A stretch of 64,000 nucleotides of DNA. It comes from Macrostomum hystrix. Taxonomy: Eukaryota; Animalia; Platyhelminthes. The position numbers and the translations under genes are program-made. The stretch is from contig CATNEN010000038.1 of the NCBI GenBank assembly GCA_950097015.1, positions 11,098,001 through 11,162,000 of the forward strand, read 5' to 3'. Shown here one piece after another: positions 36,240 through 49,414 of the stretch. The stretch's first letter is position 1. The number at the start of each line of letters is the position of its first letter. Below the pieces are notes generated by a model. It made no database searches, had not been told where the DNA came from, and saw nothing but the letters and a program-made list of their open reading frames with translations.

Positions 36240-39200
36240 TTAATCTTTTCTTGGTCTCTTTGCCAGCGACCAATCTATGGCGTGATGGTCCGGCGTTGAC
36301 AGAGCCATCGATGTCATCGGCGTCTGCGGCAGCTGAGGCAGCAGCGGAGGCAGCGTTGTCGACGGCGGCAGCTGCAGATGCGGCGGCGGCGGCAGCGGCG
36401 GCGGCGGAGGCGGCGGCGGCAGCTGCAGGCCGCACTCGGCTAAGCGGCTCAGGACTCCATGGTGCGCGGCTGCCGCGGCGGCGCCACCACCGAGGCCGGC
36501 CAGCATGGGGAATCGGCCGTAGAAGGCCATCGCCGCTGCCGCCGCGGCTGCGGCTGCGGCAGCCGAGGCTGTCGAAGAGTTCGGCTCGCATGGCGCTGAG
36601 GAAATCGGCGCCGTGGCGGTGATGGACGAAGTCAGCAAAGACGACACCGGGAACAACGGTATGGCCTTGCGCTTCAGCGAACAGTCGATAGGCAGCTGGG
36701 AGCCCCCGCCACCAATGCTGCCACTAGGAGTGCCTTCGCAGTGTTCGCCAGCTGGCCTCTGCTGGCGCCTACGTCGATGCTGCCGCTGCTGCAGGCGCTG
36801 ACTGTCGCCGCTGTCAACCTCGCCATCGTCGTTGTCATCGTTGGCGTTGGCGCTGGCGGGTTCGTCGTCCTTGTCCGACTCCACGTCGAGCCAACTGTCG
36901 TCCTCTTCGCCGTCGACATTCTCGCCGGCGCTGACACCGACGCCGCCCACTCCGGCGCGCCCGCCAACCCGGCGCAGATAGTCGACATCATCGTCGTCAT
37001 CATCGTCCTCGACGTCGGACTTTGAAGGTCCGCCGTCACCGTCCAAGTTGTTCGAGTCGCACGAATTAGCGCCGTGTAATCTGCGAGGCGAGAGAAATGT
37101 ACTTTTATTTCACTTCACCGAGATGTCTATGGCACGAGATGTCTATGGCACGAGATGTCTATGGCACGAGATGTCTATGGCACGAGATGTCTATGGCATG
37201 AGACGTCTATGGCAGAGATGTTTAAGGCGCGAGATGTCTATGGCACGAGATGTCTAAGAGTCAGATTCTATATAGCCATGTTAAAAGCCTCAGTCTCGAA
37301 AATACGGATTCGCATTGCATTCGCAAAGTAAGTAATAATAATATACAGTGATTGAGTAAACACAAACACGATGATGAAGATGATAATGGCTCCCTTGCCC
37401 AAGAAGTGTGGACTGCTTTCATACGGCAGTTCCGAAAAGCAGATTGCCCCCCCCCCTACCCCGATATCTAGCCGTGAAGTGACTTGATTGTTGTTGACAC
37501 TAAGGGATCGAGTTCTGCTTCAGTTTGTGCGGCTCAGCTTACACGCCGCAGCCTTCGAACTGTCTCTCGCATTTCACTATCCATCTGATTCTCGCTCTGT
37601 GTGTGTCTGTCGAGTGTCTCTCCAATTTTTTTATTATCATATCCTGGTCAGTCACAATGTGACGCCTTCTAGATGCTTCTGACTCCGCGACTGCTTTCTG
37701 CGGCCGGGACAGACCCGACAAAGACGGAACCAACCAACAACACGGATGTTGTAAGTGGATGATGAGACTTGATGGGCAGCTTAATTTACAATATGGAACA
37801 GGAAGTGGTTCAATTCAACACTTTCACTGCACCTAGGACTATTTATCCTCTTAATTTTATCCTCTTAATTTTTCATTTAAAGCTTTACTTAAATATATAC
37901 TTAGAGATTTTGAAAAAAAGCCAAGGCTTTCTTAGAATCGCGCAAAAGTGTGTTCTCAATTTCCCAATTTCACAGCTCACTAAAATCCCAACAAAAAATG
38001 CATTCTCCCTTAGCGCATTGGACCACTGGGTCCCAAGAAATAATATAGGGAAGATTTTTTGTGTCTCAATTTCTTTTTCATAGAAATGAAGAATTAACTG
38101 CCAACTTTGAGATTGCTTCTGACACTTGACAGCCAAAATAGAAGTACTTGAATAGTGTAATGCGACCCAGATTATATTTGGACCCAACACCTGTGACTGT
38201 ATGGGCCATGATCTTTGTAAATTGAGCATTTTTTTAATAATGGGATTATAACTTATGGCTATCTTCTCTTCAGGAAGTTGAAGAACCTTAAACTAGTTTA
38301 TTAAATATGCTGACACCTTAACACTTTACCCAACCCCTACTAACAAATCTACCCTACTAACAAATCTACCCTACTGACATATCTACCCTACTAACTAATC
38401 TACCCTACTGACAAATCTACTCTACTGACATATCTACCCTACTAACAAATCTACCCTACTGACAAATCTACTCTACTGACATATCTACTCTACTGACAAA
38501 TCTACCCTACTGACATATCTACCCTACTGACATATCTACTCTACTGACATATCTACCCTACTAACTAATCTACCCTACTGACAAATCTACCCTACTGACA
38601 TATCTACCCTACTAACTAATCTACCCTACTGACAAATCTACCCTACTGACATATCTACCCTACTGACAAGTCTACCCTACTGAGAAGTCTACCCTACTAA
38701 CTAATCTACCCTACTGACAAATCTACCCTACTGACATATCTACCCTACTGACAAATCTACTCTACTGACAAATCTACCCTACTGACATATCTACCATACT
38801 AACTAATCTACCCTACTGACAAATCTACCCTACTGACATATCTACCCTACTAACTAATCTACCCTACTGACAAGTCTACCCTACTAACTAATCTACCCTA
38901 CTGACAAATCTACCCTACTGACATATCTACCCTACTAACTAATCTACCCTACTGACAAATCTACCCTACTGACATATCTACCCTACTGACAAATCTACCC
39001 TACTGACAAATCTACCCTACTGACATATCTACCATACTAACTAATCTACCCTACTGACAAATCTACCCTACTGACATATCTACCCTACTAACTAATCTAC
39101 CCTACTGACAAATCTACCCTACTGACATATCTACCCTACTGACAAGTCTACCCTACTAACTAATCTACCCTACTGACAAATCTACCCTACTGACATATCT

Positions 39201-42200
39201 ACCCTACTAACTAATCTACCCTACTGACAAATCTACCCTACTGACATATCTACCCTACTGACATATCTACCCTACTGACATATCTACCCTACTGACATAT
39301 CTACCCTACTAACTAATCTACCCTACTGACAAATCTACTCTACTGACATATCTACCCTACTGACAAATCTACCCTACTGACAAATCTACCCTACTGACAT
39401 ATCTACCCTACTGACAAATCTACTTTTGCCAGTATATTGGCAAATATGACAAATCTACTGACTGCCCCGACTAACTGACTTCAGATAATCAATTATCAGG
39501 AATCCAATGTGACTTTAGTTTCGCAATCTTTATCCCTCTTGTCCAAGTGTAGCAATAAACAAGTTTTTTTTTAAATTATGCTAACCTAATTGCCGTGCCT
39601 TGAGTACTATGCTCAGGTGTTATAAGCATCGCGAGAGCCGCTTTGTGAAGTATAGAGTGACATGTAATCTATGTCAGGCTCATGCTTTTCTGACACCCAA
39701 TTTTGCAACTCTCTTTAATATACTCCCTATACTCAACAGGTAATAATCCCAACTCATTGTCAGATTACTAACACCACACAGGCATTTGCAGCTGAGCCTT
39801 AATAACAGGGATTCTCATCCCTTCCCGAAGTAAATTTTTCGTCTACAACTAACAGTCACGTTCTCCTATAATAAAACCGATCCTCACAACATTTTCCCAT
39901 TTCCTCAAGTCGCCAATCACGAAATCGAGAAGTTGAAGCTGTCACACCTGCTATATTATTGAATAATTTGACAAACGGAATACTTAAATCTAATCTCTAG
40001 ATTTTGATTAAATTATATATGGGAATCAAGAAACTGTGTTAGCGATAAATGCGATAAATTAAAAAATCCCAATCTTGTACACATATATAGCTAATGTTTC
40101 TTATGTACACACACACACACACAGTCAGATGAAAATTTGGCCAGCAATTAATAATTGATTATTTGAATAGTCGGGGGTATGGGTCGAAGCATACAGCAAG
40201 TGTTGGTGTCTATATTAACCCGCGCCAATTGGGGTAGGGGGGGAATGCCTTAGTTTTATGCTGAGAAGCATTGGCGGTATATTGAGTAGCGTTTTTAGAA
40301 ATGATTGACAGGTTAGCAACTATTGTTGCATGGAGACTGGCAAGGTGTGAATGGCAATTTTACTGCAGAAGTGAGCAGGGATTTATTACTAAATTTCTTA
40401 GTTGAGCACTTCTTGAGCAGTTTCTGACCCTGTTGGAATGTAAAATGTTGTTTTTAATGACTTTAATTTCAAGGAACATGTCCCCATGTTTTTTAAATAG
40501 ACACAAAATTCTTGTAAAACGAAAATTTCCCTTTTTTGGAAAATGACACTCGTTTTCATAGAAATGACACTAATTTCTTTGAAACTACACAAATGTATTA
40601 GAAACTATAGCAATTTCTTAGAAATAAAACTTTTTTCTTAGAAACGTCCCCCATTTCTTAGAAACAACACTTGTTTCTTAGATGCGGCACCATTTATAAC
40701 AGGGGTCGGCAAACTCGTGCCCGCGAGCCCTCGAAGCTCCCAAATCCGGCCCGTTGCCCCTTCTGACATCTACAGTGTCCTGTTTTATCTCTCCCGTGTC
40801 TCATCGCTCTCGTGTCTAATCTCTCCTGTGTCTCATCTCTCCCGTGTCTCATCTCTCCCGTGTCTAATCCTGTGTCTCATCTCTCCCGTGTCTAATCCTG
40901 TGTCTCATCTCTCCCGTGTCTAATCTCTCCCCTGTCTTATCTCTCCCGTGTCTCATCTCTCCCGTGTCTAATCTCTCCCCTGTCTTATCTCTCCCGTGTC
41001 TCATCTCTCTCGTGTATCATCTTTCCGTGTCTAATCTCTTCCGTGTCTAATCTCTCCTGTGTCTAATCTCTACCCTGTCTTATCTCTCCCGTGTCTCATC
41101 TCTCCCGTGTCTAATCTCTCCCGTGTCTCATCTCTCTCGTGTATCATCTTTCCGTGTCTAATCTCTTCCGTGTCTAATCTCTCCTGTGTCTAATCTCTAC
41201 CCTGTCTTATCTCTCCCGTGTCTCATCTCTCCCGTGTCTAATCTCTCCCGTGTCTCATCTCTCTCGTGTATCATCTTTCCGTGTCTAATCTCTTCCGTGT
41301 CTAATCTCTCCTGTGTCTCATCTTCTTCCGTGTCTAATCTCTCCCGTGTCTCATCTCTTCCCTATCTCATATTTATACAGTCAATGCGGTCCCGCTGTCG
41401 TCTTTTAGGTTCTCTCTTTGGCCCGCCAGCAAATAAGTTTGCCTACCCCTAATTTATAAGAATGACAACGATTTCAACAAGAGACATGACAAACAGTTCT
41501 AAAAGTGGCAGCCATTGGAGTTTATTATAAGAATGTACTACTAATTACTAAAAAGGCCAAACTTTCTAAGGACCAACTGAGGCAATATTTTTGATTTATC
41601 AGAATGGCACATAATTTCGCAACACAGTCAGTTATCAGTAATAATTGCGTCACAGAATACCTCATGCCCTCATCAAACGCAAAAATTTTAAACTCAATTA
41701 TCGCAGCCATGTAGCGTGATTGAAATACAGGATTTATATATAAGCATGGAGAACAGTTTAAATAGATGTCCCATATGACAATATGAGCTTCGAGTGGATA
41801 ATAATAATAATACTAATATTATTATTCAATATGGGCCGTGTTGTGAGACCACCAACAGTGAGTCCCCTAGTGAGATAACCCGACTCCGTTTGCCATATGC
41901 TCAACAATGCGGGCGCAGGCTTCGGCCATAGACTATTAACACATTGGTTCCTTCACTCTCCGCTGCCATGTGGAATTCGAACTGGGTGCACCATGGGGGG
42001 GTTACCCGGCATGTTCTCACAATGGGGAGGCTCAGATACCAGCTCATATCCTGCCCAATGCTCTATATATCTAGATGATAAGGTGAGAGGTTTCAATAAA
42101 TGCTGTAATTATTACTGTCACGACATTTGCTTTGTCGTTCGGTTGAATTAGAACATTTTCCCTACAGATAATATGATGAAATTTAAAATTTGAAATAGCT

Positions 42201-42571
42201 TAATTCACAGAGATATTATAATAGAATTATGTATGTTAGACTGCATCTGTTGATATTATTACATAGAATTCGAGTCACTGCTTGTTCGTATTGGCTAGAA
42301 AGGAATTATGTTAAATAAGTGTGTAACTTAGACAAGTTAAGTTTCTAAGCGGATGTTGCCAATCAAACTGCAAAGCCAAACCAAACTTCAACAAAAGCGC
42401 AAGACAATGACCACCCACCACTTTCACCAGAAGCTGCAGAACCCCCCGCCAGCTGTTGTCATGTGCAGCAGTCGTTTTTTTTCATGCATGGGGCATTGTT
42501 CTTAGCTAACACTCTCACTCACTTCAGTCTAGCCACCTTGTGTGTCTAACACGCCGCTTCTGAAGCCATCG

Positions 42572-42609
<38 letters not shown>

Positions 42610-44453
42610 GCAGCAGCTAAATCTTGTCTTTCCTGTTTCCCTTAACGCCATCTCTATATAGCTCCACGCAATGCACACTTGAGTATAGTGGAAAAAAGCC
42701 AAAAAAAAGAAGAATTTGAATTCATTTTTAGTGTTTCTTGGCTCTTGTTATTTTTGCTGTTGTTCAACGCGCGAGAACTCCAATATAGAGTTTGGATGCT
42801 GGCGTCACAGTGTCTGCTAATGCGTATGCAGCTAAATAGTGTTGAACACACTACACACTAGCGCCATTTATGCATGCTTTCAATGTAAATTGTCGCAATT
42901 GTCATTTAGAATGAAGATGAGTTTTGTCTCTTAATACGCAGTGTATAATAATACACTTTAAAGCTGAGCAAGTGTGGAGATCCATGCATAGCTATAGATT
43001 AGCATGCATCTGTCCCGTTGTGTATTAGTTTTAACCCCTGCAGCTCCTACCTGCCATATTATTATCATTAAATGATTCCTAATTTTACATTGAATACACA
43101 TTTCTAGACAATTGAGATTTGTTATAGTGATACGCATATAGATGAAGTGTATCATTCATTCGAAGTATTCTCTGTCGAAGGACTCAAGTGCCCCCCCCCA
43201 GCTCAACTTGCAAGCAGCAGTTGCAGGGACAGTGCAGAGCACTGAAATTGATGCAGCTGTCACTGTGTTTCAAGGTAAATCAATTCTGCAGCTTTGACAT
43301 GTCAGCAGAACCTATGCTGCCTATTTTTGTTTGCCATGTTACACTGAGGCTTTTAATAGCAAACTGTGCTACTGTGGGCATGAGCGTCGGACTCACGAGT
43401 TGAAGGTCGGGGGTTCGATTCCAGACTCCAATGCAACAATTTGGGTCCATTACCAAGACAATAAAATTCTGCTTTGCTTCGATACAGATAATGATAAGGA
43501 ATTAATAAGAATAATCATAATAGTTGCAGGAGGGCTGCGGGCAATGGTACATCATTTGGTGACACTAGACCCGCAGTCAGCGAGGAGGCAATTCTGCCCA
43601 TTCCGCTGACTCCTGAGCGGAAATATCCTAACTTTGATCCACCAGATCCCAAACCCAATTAGCGACTATGAAAATGCGACTTATATCAAAATTGTTAGGC
43701 TCACCTGTTCTTAGCGGCCGCAGCCCGGTCCCTCTGTCGGCGGTTCTTGAACCAGTTGCCAACCTGCGTTGGCGTCAAGCCGGTAGCCGCTGCCAACTCT
43801 CTCTTCTTCGCCGGATTGGGATACGGGTCCTGCAGGTACCACTCGCGCAGCAGACCCCTGGTCCTCTCCTTGAAGCAGTGAGTCTTCTGCTCGCCATCCC
43901 AGATGGTCCTTGGCATCGGGTACTTCTTGCGGACCCGGTACTTGTCCACCGGGCCGAGCGGGCGACCACGGAGTTTCTCGGCCTCCAAATAGTGCGCCTC
44001 CAGCCAGAGAGTCTGCAGCTTGGCGTGCGAGTCCTTGCCGAAGTGGTGCAGCTCCATGAGGTGGTACATCTCCCGGTAGTTGCCGGTGTGAAAGGCGACA
44101 ATGGCTCGGGCGCGCAGGATGGACTCCTGGCGATTCAGCGCCTCCCACAGCAGCGGGTTGGCTGGCAGGGACCACAGGAATCTGCCGAGGCGCTCGATGT
44201 CGCCGGATTCTTCGAGGGTCTCGCAGACACGGCCAACCTGATCCGGGCTGAACTGCAGCGATGGCAGCGGAGGCGGCAGAAAGAATGGCGGCAGCTGCGG
44301 CGGCGGCTGCGGCTGCGGCGGCGGCTGCTGTAAAGGCGGAGATTGCTGCTGAGGTGAGGTCTGCGGCGGCGAATGCTGGTGCTGCTGCTGTTGCGGTGGT
44401 GACTGCTGCTGCATTCCAACCAGCTGTTGCAGTGCCAATTTCCTGTCCTTCAT
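36240..44453 (-). CDS. SIX3: Six3/6 (optix) SIX-class homeobox transcription factor. Exons 44453-43705 and 37080-36240, ~529 aa.
   Basis: SIX domain ([30 protein letters not shown]...[17 protein letters not shown]), the Six3/6-diagnostic QKTH tetrapeptide, and a K50 homeodomain ([17 protein letters not shown]). The phase-2 intron AG|GTGAGC ... TCGCAG|A restores KNRLH. The first in-frame ATG is at 44453. Confidence 0.96.
37119..37256. repeat. 16-nt minisatellite (GAGATGTCTATGGCAC) next to the Six3/6 acceptor
   Basis: Direct read. Confidence 0.88.
38330..39465. repeat. 17-nt minisatellite (TCTACCCTACTGACA[A/T]A) in the Six3/6 intron
   Basis: Direct read. Confidence 0.95.
40700..41451. mobile_element. 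hAT MITE copy 2 (752 bp, opposite orientation to copy 1) with expanded internal minisatellite
   Basis: TIRs CAGGGGTCGGCAAACT / AGTTTGCCTACCCCTA. 8-bp TSD ATTTATAA at 40692-40699 and 41452-41459. Both arms are homologous to 14019-14389. Confidence 0.92.
43382..43480 (+). mobile_element. Truncated, diverged copy of the tRNA-derived SINE
   Basis: GAGCGTCGGACTCACGAGTTGAAGGTCGGGGGTTCGATTCCAGACTCCA is nearly identical to the head of the 34452-34757 element. Confidence 0.75.
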
Positions 44454-44589
44454 CAGCTCATGAAAGAGCCTCTCTGTGTGGTTGTCCAGCTTTCTCAATC
44501 GATGAGTTTTCGGGGGCAAGAAGAAACAATTGCTGTCGCGAGGCTGTTAACTTATTGAATAAGGAGGCAGTTTTTTAGCGAAAAACAGG

Positions 44590-44830
44590 GAAAGCGCTAT
44601 TTAGGAGAATCATTTCTTTGGGGTTGGGGGGCGATGCCGAGGGTTGGCGCCTCACGCTGACTGGAAGTCGGCGGTTCCACTCCTCATTGGCTGCTGCCCG
44701 ACCTGGGGACACCGCCGCGTCTCCCTAGGGCTGCCTCTCGGACTGGCTGGCTGGCCATTGGCTGGCTTCGGGAGTTGGGGTGGCTGTGGCAGCAAGGCCT
44801 CCAAGCTAACGATCTCCAACCAATAGGAGC
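44590..44830 (-). promoter_or_regulatory. Putative Six3/6 proximal promoter with CCAAT boxes
   Basis: GC-rich stretch with ATTGGC at ~44686 and ~44757 and CCAAT at ~44820, just upstream of the CDS. Confidence 0.4.
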
Positions 44831-44913
44831 GGTTATATTCTGCCATGTTCAGAGCTTCATGGAAATTTCATGCTCAGAGACTCCCACCCGACTGCTTTGG
44901 GATGTTGTCATCG

Positions 44914-45925
44914 GGGAATCGGAGAAATGAATGAAGGAATCGGAGAAATGAATAAAGGAATCGGAGAAATGAATGAAGGAATCGGAGAAATGGATGAAGG
45001 AATCGGAGAAATGAATGAAGGAATCGGAGAAATGGATGAAGGAATCGGAGAAATAAATGAAGGAATCGGAGAAATGAATGAAGGAATCGGAGAAATGGAT
45101 GAAGGAATCGGAGAAATAAATGACGGAATCGGAGAAATGAATGAAGGAATCGGAGAAATGAATGAAGGAATCGGAGACATGAATGAAGGAATCGGAGAAA
45201 TGGATGAAGGAATCGGAGAAATGAATGAAGGAATCGGAGAAATGGATGAAGGAATCGGAGAAATAAATGAAGGAATCGGAGAAATGAATGAAGGAATCGG
45301 AGAAATGGATGAAGGAATCGGAGAAATAAATGACGGAATCGGAGAAATGAATGAAGGAATCGGAGAAATGAATGAAGGAATCGGAGACATGAATGAAGGA
45401 ATCGGAGAAACGGATGAAGGAATCGGAGAAATGAATGAAGGAATCGGAGAAATGGATGAAGGAATCGGAGAAATGGATGAAGGAATCGGAGAAATGAATG
45501 AAGGAATCGGAGAAATGGATGAAGGAATCGGAGAAATGAATGAAGGAATCGGAGAAATGAATGAAGGAATCGGAGAAATGGATGAAGGAATCGGAGAAAT
45601 GGATGAAGGAATCGGAGAAATGGATGAAGGAATCGGAGAAATGGATGAAGGAATCGGAGAAATGGATGAAGGAATCGGAGAAATGGATGAAGGAATCGGA
45701 GAAATGGATGAAGGAATCGGAGAAATGGATGAAGGAATCGGAGAAATGGATGAAGGAATCGGAGAAATGGATGAAGGAATCGGAGAAATGAATGAAGGAA
45801 TCGGAGAAATGGATGAAGGAATCGGAGAAATGGATGAAGGAATCGGAGAAATGGATGAAGGAATCGGAGAAATGAATGAAGGAATCGGAGAAATGGATGA
45901 AGGAATCGGAGAAATGAATGAAGGA
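44914..45925. repeat. 21-nt minisatellite (GGAATCGGAGAAATG[G/A]ATGAA)
   Basis: About 48 copies; EGIGEMD pseudo-ORF. Confidence 0.96.
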
Positions 45926-45939
45926 AAGTTATATCTCAA

Positions 45940-46130
45940 AGTCTATGTTGTCAATCTCACACATTATCTTATTGTCTATTCTGTCAAACTCAAACTTTAT
46001 CTCACTTGTCTATTCTGTCAATCTCACACTTTATCTCATTTGTCTATTCTGTCAATCTCACACTTTATCTCATTTGTCTATTCTCTCAATCTCACACTTT
46101 ATCTCATTTGTCTATTCTGTCAATCTCACA
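45940..46130. repeat. 34-nt tandem repeat (TCTATTCTGTCAATCTCACACTTTATCTCATTTG)
   Basis: Direct read. Confidence 0.85.
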
Positions 46131-46859
46131 ATGTATTCCGTAGTCTATTTCGTTGCCTGTAGCCCGTAAACGGAGAATACAGAAACTAACTTTATAAAGA
46201 ATCATGAGGCTATAGTCGTCATGGGAAAATATTAAGGCATGAGGCGGGTCGGGCTGAGCATAGACTCACACTTCCTGAGCTCACACTGTTCACGGGTGTC
46301 AAATGTCTATTATTAATACATTATCTAGAAGGCTGTCCTCTGTCTTATATACACATTATAACATAGATTTGCTTTTTAAAAAGGGGTCGAACTTGTGATT
46401 ATAGAATCAAATTTCTGTCTGTCTACAATCTATCGTGCGGCGAGTAAATAGGGACTTTTTTAGTTGATCATTTTTTCAGTCAGCATCGATGAGCTAGGGG
46501 AACAAAAAAAGATTATTATACCGGCACCGTAACCACTTTATTAATAACTGGTGTAGGGATTACCATAGCAACACGTTTGCTGCGTTTTTTCCACAATGCT
46601 AAAAAGTATTAAATTTCTATTGTCTGTGAAAGGGAATATTTAAAATCAGAAATGCATGCCTTACATTTCTTATTTCTTATTTTTGCGAATCTTCTTTGTA
46701 TATTCTTGCATGAATATCTTTTATTAATGTACTTTTTGCCCACCGCGAAAATTTAGTTCAAATCTAGTTCAGCTTAGTTAAAATGATCTACTACTATACA
46801 TGTTCATTCAAATACAGGCTGCATTTCTCGGAATCAAGGACTGGTTTTCCTGGTGTTTT

Positions 46860-47550
46860 ATAGATTTCTTAGAATATTGTATAGATTTGATAGAATATTT
46901 CATAGATTTCTTTAAATCAACCAAATTTCTTAGAATCAATGTCAGATTTCTTGGAATCAACCACAGATTTCTTAGAACCAACCACAGATTTCTTAGAAAG
47001 AACCACAGATTTCTTAGAAAGAACCACAGCTTTCTTAGAAGCAACCATGGATGTCTTAGAAAGAACCACAGATTTCTTAGAAAGAACCACAGCTTTCTTA
47101 GAAGCAACCATGGATGTCTTAGAAAGAACCACAGATTTCTTAGAAAGAACCACATATTTCTTAGAAAGAACCACAGATTTCTTAGAAAGAACCACAGATT
47201 TCTTAGAACAAAACCACAGATTTCTTAGAAAGAACCACATATTTCTTAGAAGCAACCATGGATGTCTTAGAAGCAACCATGGATTTTTTAGAATCGACTG
47301 CAAAATTCTTAGAATCAACAACATATTTCTTAAAATCAACCATGGATTTCTTGGAATGAGCCATTGATTTCTTGGAATGAGCCATGGATTTCTTTGAATC
47401 GAACACGGATTTCTATGAATCAACTATATAATTCTTAGAATCAACCATGTATTTCTTAGAATCAATGATAGATTTCTTAGAATCAATGATAGATTTCTTA
47501 GAATCGACGATAGATTACATAGAAATAGAGTCAGATTTCATAGACACAAT
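46860..47550. repeat. 21-nt minisatellite (AACCACAGATTTCTTAGAAAG)
   Basis: Direct read. Confidence 0.9.
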
Positions 47551-48517
47551 GACTGATTTCATAGAATATTTGACCACTGTCTTATAATCTTCAAAGACAG
47601 TATAGTTAATAATACGAACAAAATATTTATTAAGATGTTTTCTCCAATGACTGATAATATGGCCACGAATTCCAAATCTGAAAGTGTGAAAATGCCTCTA
47701 CAATTGCCCCTCGGGCGGTGACAAGGGCAAAGAAGCTTCCTGTTTGTCAATCAAGCCTTTTAACGTCAAGCAAATTAAAAATTGTCCCACTAGTCACTTC
47801 GCTTCACTCTATTTTACATTTTCAATGACCCTGTTTATTGTTTGGCCAAAATTTATCTTGCGGACACAACAGCCCCCTGTGTGCCCTGGAGGGACGACAA
47901 AGTTTTAATGCAGAAAACTTGCACAATGATGCGTTTTCGCTCCGGGGGCTGAAATGAAAAGCAGAAGCAGAACATCAAAAGCAGACATTGCGTTGCGTGT
48001 CTGTAAAACTGTCATTGAAAGATAATCAGTTCATTCTTATCAAATCTAGAAATGCATTCACAACTGCCTTTTTAAATGTCGAGTTGAGTTTGTAAAAAAA
48101 GCGGCTGTTTTTGCCATTGTTTCCGCTTGGGGGTGGTTGATCTGAAATCCCATTTTTCGGGATTAGGAGTTAAGAGAAACCGCTGCATAACAGGCTAGGG
48201 CCAAAAAACTGGAAGACAATGGCAGATATTGTTAAATTTGGCTTGTTTCTATGAATTCAAAAAACTCAAGAGCTGCTGCTCAGACTGGGAACTTCCGATT
48301 AAGGGAAGTGAGCAAGTCAAAGTTGGGAAATATTGGATGAATGCTAGGCCTATGGATGACATTTTTGTTGTGGATGCGAAAGAACTGCTGAAATGATGGG
48401 AAAATGCAAGACTGAGTATTGATTTAGTGTGTTAGGCTGATGAATCGGACATTAAATGACAAAATCAACTCAGTATTCACGGTTCTAAGAAATATATTTA
48501 TGGATTAAATTAGTCTA

Positions 48518-48850
48518 ATCACGATTTCAAGAAATCTATACACGATTCCAGTAAATCTATTCGCGATTCCAGTAAATCTATTCACGATTCCAGTAAATCT
48601 ATTCACGATTCCAGTAAATCTATTCACGATTCCAGTAAATCTATACACGATTCCAGTAAATCTATTCACGATTCCAGTAAATCTATTCACGATTCCAGTA
48701 AATCTATACACGATTCCAGTAAATCTATTCACGATTCCAGTAAATCTATTCACGATTCCAGTAAATCTATACACGATCCTAGTAAATCTGTTCACGATTC
48801 CAGTAAATCTATTCACGATTCTAAGAAACACATTCACTATTCTTAGAAAT
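48518..48850. repeat. 21-nt minisatellite (CACGATTCCAGTAAATCTATT)
   Basis: Direct read. Confidence 0.92.
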
Positions 48851-49414
48851 ATGTACAAAAAATCCATCTAAAATTCTTTGAAATCGACAATCAATTAAAA
48901 AAATTTTTTTCACGATTAGAAAAAATCATTTCAAGCCTGTTGAATTTCTTAACCCTATTCAAAATTCCAGGAAACTCGTGGCTTAATACTCGTAATTCTA
49001 GAAATTGAGCGAAAAATTTCATTGCAATTTCATCCAAAAAGATAAGCCGGGGTGATGCAAATCAATTACTGACTAGCGAAGGTAATTGAAGATTGTATAA
49101 AATTCATTGCCAAGGGGCATCCGAATCACTAAATGTTAGCAACCCTCTTATGAAACTGTTATGCCCAATAGCTATTTGACAGTCGAGTCAATAGAAGAAT
49201 AATTGCTTAGGTTAGGTTAAATGTCGATGAATTGTTGAAAACTCTGCGAACCGAAATTTTTAGGAGAAGATGCCACAGGGTAGGCAGTAAATGAGATACT
49301 GACGAAATACTGAAACCAGATGTTTGGGACATTGCGAAACAGGAGGCTTCTGTGACACCTGGGTGAAAAACAAGGAGACAAGTTGATGAAAATCGATCTC
49401 AGAAATTGATAGGA

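Noticed and set aside
36223-36622. Ala-rich antisense and alternate-frame ORFs
   Set aside because: Shadows of the GC-rich Six3/6 exon 2; the same applies to ORFs overlapping p62, MATE and Six3/6 exon 1
44454-44519. TTG start of the Six3/6 ORF given in the ORF track
   Set aside because: Bacterial start-codon convention; the first in-frame ATG at 44453 is used instead
44870-46162. 430-aa EGIGEMD repeat ORF
   Set aside because: Pure 21-nt minisatellite, also open on the opposite strand
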